Assembly (NCBI GenBank): GCA_963664115.2 | Contig: CAXWPJ010000011.1 | Location: forward strand, 32,001 to 96,000 | DNA from: Terriglobia bacterium | GTDB lineage: Bacteria > Acidobacteriota > Terriglobia > 20CM-2-55-15 | Length of the DNA stretch: 64,000 nucleotides | Reading direction: 5' to 3' | Shown here: piece after piece, positions 20,489-30,150 of the stretch | Position numbering within the stretch: position 1 is the stretch's first letter | How the letters are laid out: each line of letters starts with the position of its first letter | Position numbers and translations under genes: made by a program | Notes under the pieces: generated by a model | The model's input: the letters and a program-made list of their open reading frames with translations, nothing else | Told to the model about the DNA's origin: nothing | Databases searched by the model: none

Positions 20489-20801
20489 TTGAACTTAGCG
20501 AAACAATGAGGCCACGAAAAACGACAGAATTAACGACCTGATTAACAAATCGAGGTTGCTAGGAAGCGCACGTGATTACATTATTGACGGGAGTCAGAAC
20601 GCTCATCTACACGGCCAGAGTGACGAGCCAGGGCGTGATCAGGTCGGTATACATGCATCAGCTGCTTAACACAGGCGGGTGATCGTTTCTGCTGACGGCC
20701 GCAGCAAGCCGGAATCACCGCAGCGCTTCCTGAAGGCCAAAAAGTGGCAACCTATGGCAACCGGATGGGTAGTGCCTAAGATTAGGTGGGCCTTAGATTG
20801 T

Positions 20802-21310
20802 TCAACGGCAGTCATCGAACCAGTCGGGTTTCAATCGAATATATGAGTTCACAACGGATGCGAGTTGAGCGCCCACAGCGACCGAAACAGCGTATACCTT
20901 TTTATTGTTAAGTCGCACTGCTTCTACCGCAGGCGTGAAGTCCCCATCCGCAGACAGCAGGTAGGCAGCATCGAACTCATCCCGCTCGGCCATGACCACC
21001 ATATCGACTGCAACCATCACGTCTACAGCTTTTTCAACCATTGCGGTTGTTTTGTGATGAGTACGGGCGAGCCGGCCGAGATCGTGATAGACCTGTTGGT
21101 CAATTCGCGTCGGGAGATTAGCGAGATACGCTGCTAGTTCCTTAGCCAGCGGATTATCGACTGGTCGCTGCTCAAGGCGACCGAGGTGAGTCGAAATCTT
21201 AGGATCAGTCGCACCGAGCGACGCCAAGAAGCGACGCTGGGCGGCGTAAAGATTGTTCGCTCCAGTCTGCGGTACTCTCCCGATATAGTATCGGGTTCCA
21301 ACCCAGCTAA
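20802..21310 (-). pseudogene. NYN domain (LabA/DUF88) protein, 5'-truncated next to IS256
   Basis: EKAVDV..AVDM and LLSADGDFTPAV motifs; N-terminal IDG.N motif missing. Confidence 0.82.
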
Positions 21311-21328
21311 ACAGACTGTAACTTATAG

Positions 21329-22772
21329 GAGTTATTGTCAAAAGTGGTGTTTAGGAGATTGATTCAAGCGGCGGCCTGATCGACTTGTGTCGCTTCGACA
21401 CCATCGTTGAATTTCACTCCGATGATTACCTTGCTCAGATCATCGAATCCTCGTAATCGTCGCCAATTGTTCTCAGCGCACTGGCCCAGTTTGAACATCA
21501 TGTGCAGCATGCCATCCCGTGCCCAGTTTGAACATCATGTGCAGCATGCCATCAGCCGTCGCGTTCGGGGGCTTCTCTTCCAGTGCAACCTCTGGATCGC
21601 TTCGTTCGGTGTCGAATGGTGGCAAAGGTCGACTCAATGGGATTCGTCGTTCTGATGCTCTGCCAGTGCTTGGCCGGAAAGTCGTAAAAGGCCAGCAGTT
21701 CCTCTCTGTCTTTCTGCAGGCAGAGTGTGGCTTTCGGATACTTCGGTTCATAGGTTTCAATGAACAAGTCGAATGCCTTCTCGGCGTCTGCCTTCGTCTC
21801 GGCCTGCCAGATCGAGTGCAGGGCCTGTTTCGCCTTCGCCTGGACCGACTTGGGCAGGCAGTTGAGGACGTTCATGACTTTGTGCATCCAGCAACGTTGT
21901 TGACGTGTCTCGGGATAGATTTCCTCCAGTGCGGCCCAGAACCCCATCGCACCGTCACCGATGGCCAACTTCGGAACATTCATCCCACGGGACTTCAGCT
22001 TCAACAAGACCTCGCGCCAACTCTGTGTCGATTCCCGTACACCGTCTTCGATCGCCAGGAAACGCTTCTCTCCGCGTTCATTCACGCCGATCACGACCAA
22101 TGCACACAACTTGGTTTGTTCCGCCCGAAGTCCGCTGTAGATGCCGTCGGCCCAGACATAGACCCAGCGATCTGCATCCAAACGCTCCTCGCATCCGAGG
22201 CGGTACTGTTCGCCCCAAACCTGTTTCAACCGCGATACCGTGCTCGCCGACAGACCCTGCGCCTGGGGACCGACAAGAACTTTTAGGGCCTCACCCATCT
22301 CGCCGCTGGAAACGCCTTTCAAATACAACCACGGCACCGCTGCTTCCAGCGACTTCGTCTTCCGAATGTACGGTGGTACCAGGGCCGATCGGAACGTCAC
22401 AGCTTCGCCCGTCTTGGCACGGACCTTCGGGATTTGGACTGTTACCGGACCCAATCCCGTCTGCAGTTCGCGTTCCGGCAGATAACCGTTGCGTACCACC
22501 CCGGCGTTTCCTGTCTCAGTTCGCCGGCCACCGTGCTGGGATAGCAGCTCTGCCAATTCGGCTTCCACTGCGCGTTGGATCAGTTGCTGTGCCCCAACTC
22601 GTAGTAGTTCTGTTACTGGATCCTCAATCGTTTCTCGACCTTCCGGTCCATTCACGTTACTCTTGCTCACAGTGGCGTATCTCCTATGGTTGCTTTGAAG
22701 TTTTGTCACAACAAATCAACCAGATACGCCGCTCTTATTCAATCCCTCAAACACCAGATTCGGTTATAACTC
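21329..22772 (-). mobile_element. IS256-family element, copy 1 (1444 bp; transposase disrupted near its 3' end; no TSD)
   Basis: Ends GAGTTATTGTC / GGTTATAACTC; 59 bp longer than the other copies because of an insertion at 21522-21584. Confidence 0.93.
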
Positions 22773-22806
22773 AGTCCTGAGAAATCATCTTGTCGGAAGT
22801 TGAGAA
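22773..22806 (+). repeat. dif-like palindromic site C (outer left arm cut by IS256)
   Basis: AGTCCTGAGAA-ATCATC-TTGTCGGAAGT-TGAGAA. Confidence 0.85.
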
Positions 22807-22857
22807 AAAAGAAGGGAAAATTTCTTATCGAGTTCCAGATAATCGTAGTTAGGCCAG

Positions 22858-23361
22858 ATGAACTGCGAAACGATCAGACGAGCGTACAACTCTGATTCCC
22901 CACGGATAATTTCGCTCATAGCCGACGTCTATCGAGAGTACGGCGACGAGATCTATCTAGAAGGAGCGGACAAGGATCTAGTTGATATTGAAGGATATTA
23001 CCGACAGGTAAGCGGGGATTTTGTCATATTGGAAAGGAATGACGAAATCGCAGGAACGCACGCCGTACTCCCGCTTGACCTAGCGAACCGCGTCATAACC
23101 TTCAGACGGCTGTACCTTCGGCAGGAGTTGCGTGGGTCGGGTTGCGGAAAGCGGTTGATGAAATGGGCAATCGATTGGTCGATGCGCGAAGGCTATCACT
23201 CAGTAGAGTTTTGGTCTGACATACGATTCCAACGGGCACACAGGTTCTTTCAGCAATTAGGTTTCACGAAAGGGGATACTCGGAATATGACAGATGGAGC
23301 CATGCCCTACTCAGAGTATCGATTCTCAATGAACTTGTTTGGGCAAAATAATATTGCCTAA
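22858..23361 (+). CDS. GNAT family N-acetyltransferase with integron-cassette signature
   Basis: RRLYL..ELRGSGCGKRL acetyl-CoA motif; GTTAGGC at 22848 and GCCTAAC at 23356 overlapping the stop. Confidence 0.88.
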   Translation: MNCETIRRAYNSDSPRIISLIADVYREYGDEIYLEGADKDLVDIEGYYRQVSGDFVILERNDEIAGTHAVLPLDLANRVITFRRLYLRQELRGSGCGKRLMKWAIDWSMREGYHSVEFWSDIRFQRAHRFFQQLGFTKGDTRNMTDGAMPYSEYRFSMNLFGQNNIA

Positions 23362-23460
23362 CACGGGATGCAGTGGACGGCCTTCCGCTGGCGCTCCAGG
23401 CTCCACGGGTGGTCGAGGTCCACGTTTGGGGCCTAACAAGCCGCTGCAGCTGGCGGGGCC
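23356..23460 (+). repeat. Two truncated attC-like left halves
   Basis: GCCTAACACGGGATGCAGTGGACGG (23356) and GCCTAACAAGCCGCTGCAGC (23431); matching right halves absent. Confidence 0.6.
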
Positions 23461-23480
23461 GGCAAAAGAGGTGAAAATGA

Positions 23481-23520
23481 TTCTCAAGTCCTGAGAAATC
23501 ATCTTCTCGGACGTTGAGAA
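23481..23520 (+). repeat. dif-like palindromic site D (complete)
   Basis: TTCTCA-AGTCCTGAGAA-ATCATC-TTCTCGGACGT-TGAGAA, with extra outer IR GGTGAAA (23470) / TTTCACC (23526). Confidence 0.92.
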
Positions 23521-23567
23521 TTGGATTTCACCACTTTTCGGGACCAATCACCACAGCTAGTGACCAT

Positions 23568-23930
23568 ATGAGCCTATCCAGCGCGACCCCTATTCTTAGA
23601 ATCTTCGACGAAGCAAAAGCGAAGGAATTCTATGGCTCTTACTTGGGGTTTTCCGTGGACTGGGAGCATCGGTTTGGTGATGAGTTCCCTCTGTACATGC
23701 AACTGTCCAAAGATAACTGCGTCCTTCATCTTTCCGAACACCACGGCGACGGGACGCCAGGGAGCGCGATTCGCATCGAAACTGATGACGTTGGTGCTTT
23801 GAATCAAGAACTACTGGACAAGGCCTATCGATACGTGAAGCCAAGCGTCGAAGAGAAACCGTGGAACACAAAAGAGATGACGATCACCGATCCGTTTGGC
23901 AATCGATTGATCTTTTTCGAGAACGAATAG
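23568..23930 (+). CDS. VOC/bleomycin-resistance-like glyoxalase family protein
   Basis: PILRIFDE.KAKEFY..YLGF.VDWEHRF, LHLSEHHGD, DPFGNRLIF. Confidence 0.9.
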   Translation: MSLSSATPILRIFDEAKAKEFYGSYLGFSVDWEHRFGDEFPLYMQLSKDNCVLHLSEHHGDGTPGSAIRIETDDVGALNQELLDKAYRYVKPSVEEKPWNTKEMTITDPFGNRLIFFENE

Positions 23931-23942
23931 CCCTGAAATCCG

Positions 23943-23979
23943 TTCTCAAGTCCTGAGAAATCATCTTCTCGGACGTTGA
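23943..23979 (+). repeat. dif-like palindromic site E
   Basis: Identical to site D over TTCTCAAG...GGACGTTGA. Confidence 0.92.
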
Positions 23980-24005
23980 ACTCCAGACTGGTACTCTCTT
24001 CAGTA

Positions 24006-24917
24006 ATGCCTACCGGTAAACCTTGGCTACCTGAGCATATCGTGATGCCAGATGCGGCCGTTCGTCTGATCGAAAGCCAATTCCCGGAGCTTCGACCTGC
24101 GCATATCCAACTTCTAGGTGAGGGTTGGGACAATACGGCCTACGTAGTGAACAGGACTTGGGTTTTCCGGTTTCCTCGCCGAGAGATAGCGGTGGAACTG
24201 CTGCAGACGGAAACTCGCGTCCTTCCTCGAATTGCAGCTCAGTTGCCTTTCCCTATCCCAGTACCAAGATGGGTTGGTAAGCCAACACAAGAGTATGATT
24301 GGCCGTTTGCGGGCTATCGCTTTCTTCCAGGCACCACGGCACTGAGTGTTGGATTGACGCGAGAGCAGAGGAAGGAACTTGCTGCTCCCTTAGCGAATTT
24401 CTTAGCAACTCTACATGCCATTGATCCGGGAGATCTGGAAATTCCGGGAGATAAATTTGGCCGAGCTGACATGGGAAAACGTATTCCACAGTTGCTCTCA
24501 AGTCTTCTGACGATTCGAGGAAAGGGATTGGTTGCTGACGTTTCACCTTGGGAACGGATCGTTGAACAGATGTCATCGGACTTTCAACCGCGGTTGAACA
24601 CATTGTCACACGACGATTTTTCAGCGGAGCATATCCTTGTGGACAACTTTGGACTGCCAAGCGGCGTGATTGACTGGGGCGACATCCACCTAGGAAGCCC
24701 CAGTATGGATTTGGCTATTGCGTTCGGTTTTCTGCCACCCGAGGGTCGCGAAGTATTTTGGGATAGCTATGGAGCCGTCGAAAAGCCGATCCAAATCATG
24801 GCGCGATTTCGTGCTCTCCACGCCGCCGTCATTGGTGTCCTATATGGCGATGATATTGGCGACACTGCTCTCCTGCGCGAGAGCTTATTGGGGATGGACT
24901 TCGCGATAGAGTCGTGA
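24006..24917 (+). CDS. Aminoglycoside-phosphotransferase (APH) family kinase
   Basis: GEGWDN, VFRFPRR, HDDFSAEHIL (Brenner-type motif), VIDWGD. Confidence 0.88.
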   Translation: MPTGKPWLPEHIVMPDAAVRLIESQFPELRPAHIQLLGEGWDNTAYVVNRTWVFRFPRREIAVELLQTETRVLPRIAAQLPFPIPVPRWVGKPTQEYDWPFAGYRFLPGTTALSVGLTREQRKELAAPLANFLATLHAIDPGDLEIPGDKFGRADMGKRIPQLLSSLLTIRGKGLVADVSPWERIVEQMSSDFQPRLNTLSHDDFSAEHILVDNFGLPSGVIDWGDIHLGSPSMDLAIAFGFLPPEGREVFWDSYGAVEKPIQIMARFRALHAAVIGVLYGDDIGDTALLRESLLGMDFAIES

Positions 24918-24959
24918 CCGAGACAATTCCTAGAACTAGACTACGGGAAGTCAGTCCGC

Positions 24960-26344
24960 GAGTTATTGTCAAAAGTGGTGTTTAGGAGATTGATTCAAGC
25001 GGCGGCCTGATCGACTTGTGTCGCTTCGACACCATCGTTGAATTTCACTCCGATGATTACCTTGCTCAGATCATCGAATCCTCGTAATCGTCGCCAATTG
25101 TTCTCAGCGCACTGGCCCAGTTTGAACATCATGTGCAGCATGCCATCCCGTGTCAGGCAACCTCTGGATCGCTTCGTTCGGTGTCGAATGGTGGCAAAGG
25201 TCGACTCAATGGGATTCGTCGTTCTGATGCTCTGCCAGTGCTTGGCCGGAAAGTCGTAAAAGGCCAGCAGTTCCTCTCTGTCTTTCTGCAGGCAGAGTGT
25301 GGCTTTCGGATACTTCGGTTCATAGGTTTCAATGAACAAGTCGAATGCCTTCTCGGCGTCTGCCTTCGTCTCGGCCTGCCAGATCGAGTGCAGGGCCTGT
25401 TTCGCCTTCGCCTGGACCGACTTGGGCAGGCAGTTGAGGACGTTCATGACTTTGTGCATCCAGCAACGTTGTTGACGTGTCTCGGGATAGATTTCCTCCA
25501 GTGCGGCCCAGAACCCCATCGCACCGTCACCGATGGCCAACTTCGGAACATTCATCCCACGGGACTTCAGCTTCAACAAGACCTCGCGCCAACTCTGTGT
25601 CGATTCCCGTACACCGTCTTCGATCGCCAGGAAACGCTTCTCTCCGCGTTCATTCACGCCGATCACGACCAATGCACACAACTTGGTTTGTTCCGCCCGA
25701 AGTCCGCTGTAGATGCCGTCGGCCCAGACATAGACCCAGCGATCTGCATCCAAACGCTCCTCGCATCCGAGGCGGTACTGTTCGCCCCAAACCTGTTTCA
25801 ACCGCGATACCGTGCTCGCCGACAGACCCTGCGCCTGGGGACCGACAAGAACTTTTAGGGCCTCACCCATCTCGCCGCTGGAAACGCCTTTCAAATACAA
25901 CCACGGCACCGCTGCTTCCAGCGACTTCGTCTTCCGAATGTACGGTGGTACCAGGGCCGATCGGAACGTCACAGCTTCGCCCGTCTTGGCACGGACCTTC
26001 GGGATTTGGACTGTTACCGGACCCAATCCCGTCTGCAGTTCGCGTTCCGGCAGATAACCGTTGCGTACCACCCCGGCGTTTCCTGTCTCAGTTCGCCGGC
26101 CACCGTGCTGGGATAGCAGCTCTGCCAATTCGGCTTCCACTGCGCGTTGGATCAGTTGCTGTGCCCCAACTCGTAGTAGTTCTGTTACTGGATCCTCAAT
26201 CGTTTCTCGACCTTCCGGTCCATTCACGTTACTCTTGCTCACAGTGGCGTATCTCCTATGGTTGCTTTGAAGTTTTGTCACAACAAATCAACCAGATACG
26301 CCGCTCTTATTCAATCCCTCAAACACCAGATTCGGTTATAACTC
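24960..26344 (-). mobile_element. IS256-family element, copy 2 (1385 bp, intact)
   Basis: 9-bp TSD TCAGTCCGC at 24951-24959 and 26345-26353. Confidence 0.96.
24995..26281 (-). CDS. IS256-family transposase
   Basis: RNGY, WADG, AIGDG, QRCWMHK, RTTNPIES motifs. Confidence 0.95.
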   Translation of the reverse strand: MTKLQSNHRRYATVSKSNVNGPEGRETIEDPVTELLRVGAQQLIQRAVEAELAELLSQHGGRRTETGNAGVVRNGYLPERELQTGLGPVTVQIPKVRAKTGEAVTFRSALVPPYIRKTKSLEAAVPWLYLKGVSSGEMGEALKVLVGPQAQGLSASTVSRLKQVWGEQYRLGCEERLDADRWVYVWADGIYSGLRAEQTKLCALVVIGVNERGEKRFLAIEDGVRESTQSWREVLLKLKSRGMNVPKLAIGDGAMGFWAALEEIYPETRQQRCWMHKVMNVLNCLPKSVQAKAKQALHSIWQAETKADAEKAFDLFIETYEPKYPKATLCLQKDREELLAFYDFPAKHWQSIRTTNPIESTFATIRHRTKRSRGCLTRDGMLHMMFKLGQCAENNWRRLRGFDDLSKVIIGVKFNDGVEATQVDQAAA

Positions 26345-26372
26345 TCAGTCCGCACGGTAGATGATCTAACCG

Positions 26373-26412
26373 CTCAAGTCCTGAGAAATCATCTTCTCGG
26401 ACGTTGAGAATT
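26373..26412 (+). repeat. dif-like palindromic site F
   Basis: CTCAAGTCCTGAGAAATCATCTTCTCGGACGTTGAGAATT, identical to site D. Confidence 0.92.
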
Positions 26413-26572
26413 GGCAGCGCCGGGCAGAAACAACCGAGTCCGTCGAGTCATCCCCTAAAACCAACAACTTAGAGCCGAGGCGGTGGGGCGAGTCGCTATC
26501 GAGGCGGACGAGGTGTGTGGCTCGGTTGCGTCGGTGGTTTCACCAGCCTGTGGCACGTCCCCATCGCGGCCA

Positions 26573-26995
26573 TTACTCTTCCTGATAGACCCACGCACCA
26601 ACCAACGATGCAACTGGTATTTCAACGACAGTCCAGATCCAGTGCACCAGCACACCGCCGATAGGAATCAGGTCGAACCTGAGCAAAGCGGCATAAGGCA
26701 CAAGGTCGATCGAGATCCAGTAGAACATTCCGCCAAGGATGGCCGTCGTTGAGCCCGCGCCGAATCGAGGACGGAGCGCTGCGTATAGCCAGACGATCAA
26801 TATGCCCAGTGCTGCGGAGTAGACCGCCAAGAAAACGAGCCCCTCCGTCTGGCCAAGGCCCTGTAGACCATGGCTCTCAATAAATCCAACGATCTGTTCT
26901 CTCAGCACTAGAATCCGTGCAGCCGTGCTAACGAATACGATCACACCGGCCAGTAATCCCCCCAGCACAACACGTCCTGTTTTGATGGAACTCAT
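26573..26995 (-). CDS. Four-TM hypothetical membrane protein
   Basis: RBS GGAGG; GRVVLGGLLAG, WLYAALRPRFGAG, GAWVYQE. Confidence 0.8.
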   Translation of the reverse strand: MSSIKTGRVVLGGLLAGVIVFVSTAARILVLREQIVGFIESHGLQGLGQTEGLVFLAVYSAALGILIVWLYAALRPRFGAGSTTAILGGMFYWISIDLVPYAALLRFDLIPIGGVLVHWIWTVVEIPVASLVGAWVYQEE

Positions 26996-27282
26996 GTCGT
27001 GGCCCTCCTCGACGGCGGTTGGTAAATTGTGGCTACGTTACCCGATCTTTGCGTTGGGGCATAATCATTTGCACTAGTCGGATCGGCAGGCGCGAGAGGG
27101 TGCCCCAGACGCCCTAGTTGACCCAGCATTTCCACTCCATTCTATATTTACTTACAGAACTTCACCGGGATAGAGATTGTTAGGGCAACTGGGTCACTTG
27201 AGGCAGATCGGGTGTGCCCTATGGTTCAGGCTGGCTGGGCTCTGCTAGCATGACGGTCAGAGTCTGAGAAGGGCACGTGTCA

Positions 27283-28014
27283 ATGAAGAGAACGAACCGC
27301 GACTACTGGAACGCCACAAGCGATGGCTACCAAGATGCTCATGGGGACAGTCTCTCCGCAACAGCGTTGGCTTGGGGTGTGTGGCGAATCCCTGAATCTG
27401 AACTGGGGATTCTTGGAGCCGTCAAAGGGGTCGATATTCTTGAACTTGGTTGCGGAGCTGCTCAGTGGTCGATTGCTCTTGATGAAGTCGGTGCACAAGT
27501 TGTAGGGATCGACTTTTCGGAGCGACAGCTGAAACATGCCCGAAAGAGTTCGGAGGTTATTCCCCTAGTGCAAGGTAGTGCCGAGTCTCTGCCTTTTAAC
27601 GCTGAATCATTCGTCATTGTCTTCTGTGATCACGGCGCGACAACTTTTTCGCCGCCCGAACTGACAGTTGCAGAGGCGTCGCGGGTGCTCAGGCCCAGTG
27701 GTATTTTCGCGTTTAGCATGTCGAGTCCGATTCGCGACATTTGTTGGGACGCGAACGAGGACAGAGTTTCGTCACAACTCGCTGCTGATTACTTTGGTCT
27801 GCACGCCATAGAGGATGGTGACCAAACGTGCTACCAGCTGCCCTACGGTGGGTGGATTCGACTGTTTCGTCAACACGCCCTTCAGGTTGAGGATCTTGTC
27901 GAACTACGAGCACCGAATAATGCCGAAACTACCTATTCGGATTTTGTGCCGAGGTCGTGGGCCGAGCGGTGGCCTGCTGAAAACATCTGGAAGCTCAGGA
28001 AGCTCGCCATCTGA
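27283..28014 (+). CDS. Class I SAM-dependent methyltransferase
   Basis: ILELGCGAAQWS motif I, AESLPF, RVLRPSG. Confidence 0.9.
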   Translation: MKRTNRDYWNATSDGYQDAHGDSLSATALAWGVWRIPESELGILGAVKGVDILELGCGAAQWSIALDEVGAQVVGIDFSERQLKHARKSSEVIPLVQGSAESLPFNAESFVIVFCDHGATTFSPPELTVAEASRVLRPSGIFAFSMSSPIRDICWDANEDRVSSQLAADYFGLHAIEDGDQTCYQLPYGGWIRLFRQHALQVEDLVELRAPNNAETTYSDFVPRSWAERWPAENIWKLRKLAI

Positions 28015-28017
28015 AGC

Positions 28018-28115
28018 ATGCCCCTCCAGATCTACGTCGATGCCTACGCAGGCTACCGAGCCAACGAGCGGCCCAAGCAGATTACGCTCGACGACGAAAT
28101 CCATGAAAATCGATC
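28018..28115 (+). pseudogene. N-terminal fragment of a conserved hypothetical protein
   Basis: MPLQIYVDAYAGYRANERP..., cut off at the stop of the convergent nuclease gene. Confidence 0.4.
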
Positions 28116-28116
28116 T

Positions 28117-29103
28117 TCACATAATCGTCTTGTGTGCTCTTGAACCCCTCTTCAACTCGCCGAAAGGAACTGAGAATACCCCCTCTTCGCCAAGCAATCG
28201 ACGCCTGAGGCGAAGAAAATCGACGAGTGGAATCTCTCCCGACAGAATCACCATCAAGTCATGTCCGCTCATGGCGAAGAAGGTAGCCTGTTTTCCACGG
28301 ACGATGGCCTGTGAAGCATCTTGGCTCATTCCATTCAGTGCGATGAGCAGTCCCCGAGTGTACGCGGACTTACCTTCAATCTTTCCTCTGAAAACTAGGA
28401 GTTCTGACTCTGGCACCGGTTGTTGTACCCATTTTGCCTCAAGCAAGTAGACTTCGTGATCCAATTCAAATGAGCCATCTATCTGCTCACCGAGGACCCG
28501 AAAAGGCTTGCGTGGTGCGAGGTCAGATGCTTCAAAAAGCTTGTTGAGCAATCGTTCTAACTCGAAACCTGCAGCATTTCTATCGACCATCGTGCAGAGT
28601 TCTAAGAGTTGGTTCTTCAGCTGTTCAAGCTCTTCGTTTCGCCGATCTCGCACAGTTGCTTGGGTTTTCTCCCGGCGAATCGCTTCCTCAAACAATTCCT
28701 TAGCTCGATCACCAGAGTCATATGACAGCGAGACGAGGAGATCGGGATCCCAAAGCTCTGGGAACTTGAATCCAACTTCGAGGATTAGTCCGTTTAGTGA
28801 CTTAATTTCCTCTGATCTAACCGGATTGCCCTTTTTTTGCCGATAGGCAATGCCTTGATTGACAATTTCTAGGATGAGCCGCTGGAAGTAACCTCGATCA
28901 TTTTCGAGCGTACGTCTAATCAAAGTAGCGATTGCCGCGGTCTTGCTTCCACCGGGCCAGTTGTCTCCAACTCCAGCCTTGGCTGCAACGGAGGCAAACG
29001 TGACGTGATTCTTCCATTTGCGATTGCCGGAGCCAGGCAGAAAGTCATACAGCAATTCCGCCATGGCAGCGAGAGCGACCGATTCTTTGGGTGTTAGGGG
29101 CAC
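28117..29103 (-). CDS. Mrr-like PD-(D/E)xK restriction endonuclease domain protein
   Basis: GFELE...EQIDGSF.....YLLEAKW; probable GTG start at 29103 after GAGGTGGA. Confidence 0.82.
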   Translation of the reverse strand: MPLTPKESVALAAMAELLYDFLPGSGNRKWKNHVTFASVAAKAGVGDNWPGGSKTAAIATLIRRTLENDRGYFQRLILEIVNQGIAYRQKKGNPVRSEEIKSLNGLILEVGFKFPELWDPDLLVSLSYDSGDRAKELFEEAIRREKTQATVRDRRNEELEQLKNQLLELCTMVDRNAAGFELERLLNKLFEASDLAPRKPFRVLGEQIDGSFELDHEVYLLEAKWVQQPVPESELLVFRGKIEGKSAYTRGLLIALNGMSQDASQAIVRGKQATFFAMSGHDLMVILSGEIPLVDFLRLRRRLLGEEGVFSVPFGELKRGSRAHKTIM

Positions 29104-29229
29104 ACTCCACCTCAGACCCGGCTGCACGCACGGGCGACGTACGCCGAGGCATGCCTGCGAAGCGTTGCAGACAGATAACAAACATTCTGTCGGACAGGTG
29201 GACAAGTCAGGGGATTTCGCCGGCATTAC

Positions 29230-29354
29230 TTGTGGTGAGCAGCGTGAAGCCGCCGTGTCCGAGAGCACAGGATGGTCGCGTCATTCGGCGGATCTTGATC
29301 GACCGGCAGGATCTGGATGCGTTTATTGACCGGAACAACGAGACAATGGGTTGA
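29230..29354 (+). pseudogene. Excisionase/HTH remnant
   Basis: RRILIDRQDLDAFIDRN* resembles the C-terminus of excisionase-type HTH proteins. Confidence 0.55.
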
Positions 29355-29527
29355 GCTTTAGACAAGAGGCGTAGTCTGCGTCACGTTCACGCCACCGCTC
29401 CGTGATACCCTGCCAGCAAGGATTCCCGCCGAAAATACGTCTTCTTTGGAGAGTGCGTTGGGGAACGCTCTTAATTTGGAGGGGGACGTGCGTCAAAAAG
29501 ATATTCTGAACAGTCGTGAATAAGGTG

Positions 29528-30150
29528 ATGAAAGTCAAAGTGGACCGAATATGGCCAACTGCCATTTCATTTGTGTTGATCTGGCATTTGTCGATCACAC
29601 CTGCATTGGCAGCTCAGACTCAATATCCATTACTGAACGAGTCACGTCAGATCGCAGCAGGGACGTTTGTAGAGCTTAACTTTGAGGTTGGCTCAGATGT
29701 CGGAGCGAGACTCGTGGGTAGCGTCAGTGCACAGGGAGGCGCAGGTAACGACATTCGCCTGTGGGTCCTTTCTGAAGATGAACGAGCCCAGTGGGCACCG
29801 GGGCGACCAGTGCTTGCCCCTACCTATTATTCTGGCCAACTAAGTGTGATCAATCTCGACGTACCACTAGAAGAAGGCCAGTATTATGTCCTTCTCGACA
29901 ATACCTTTTCGATTTTTTCCACGAAAACTGTAGCCGCGAATCTGGCAGTTCTTGTAGGCCCTCCATCAATTGCGAGTGTGACAACAGCTTTCAAGAAGAC
30001 ACGACGGCCGGTGAGCCATGCGAGACGGCTCTGGTGCTCTCCATCGGCGATCTGAAAGGCTTGGCTCATATTGGTGTAATTCAGGCGTTGAAGGATCGGG
30101 GAATCGAGATCAACTGCATCTTCGGGAACAGCATGGGTTCGTTGGTCGGC
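29528..30150 (+). pseudogene. Exported beta-sandwich (GOLD-like) domain joined to a patatin N-terminus; frameshifted and cut by IS256
   Basis: Signal peptide, GQYYVLLDNTFS; in a shifted frame ALVLSIGDLKGLAHIGV...FGNSMG (GxSxG). Confidence 0.7.

Noticed and set aside
23481-23520. Site D as the chromosomal dif or a canonical attC
   Set aside because: It is multi-copy, lacks the TTATGTTAA XerD arm and lacks RYYYAAC/GTTRRRY ends; only the geometry is dif-like.
24006-24917. Calling the APH, GNAT and VOC genes proven antibiotic-resistance genes
   Set aside because: Family membership does not fix the substrate.
22773-26412. Palindromic ~37-bp repeats as a CRISPR array
   Set aside because: Intervals are 460 bp to over 1 kb and contain whole genes; no cas genes are in the window.
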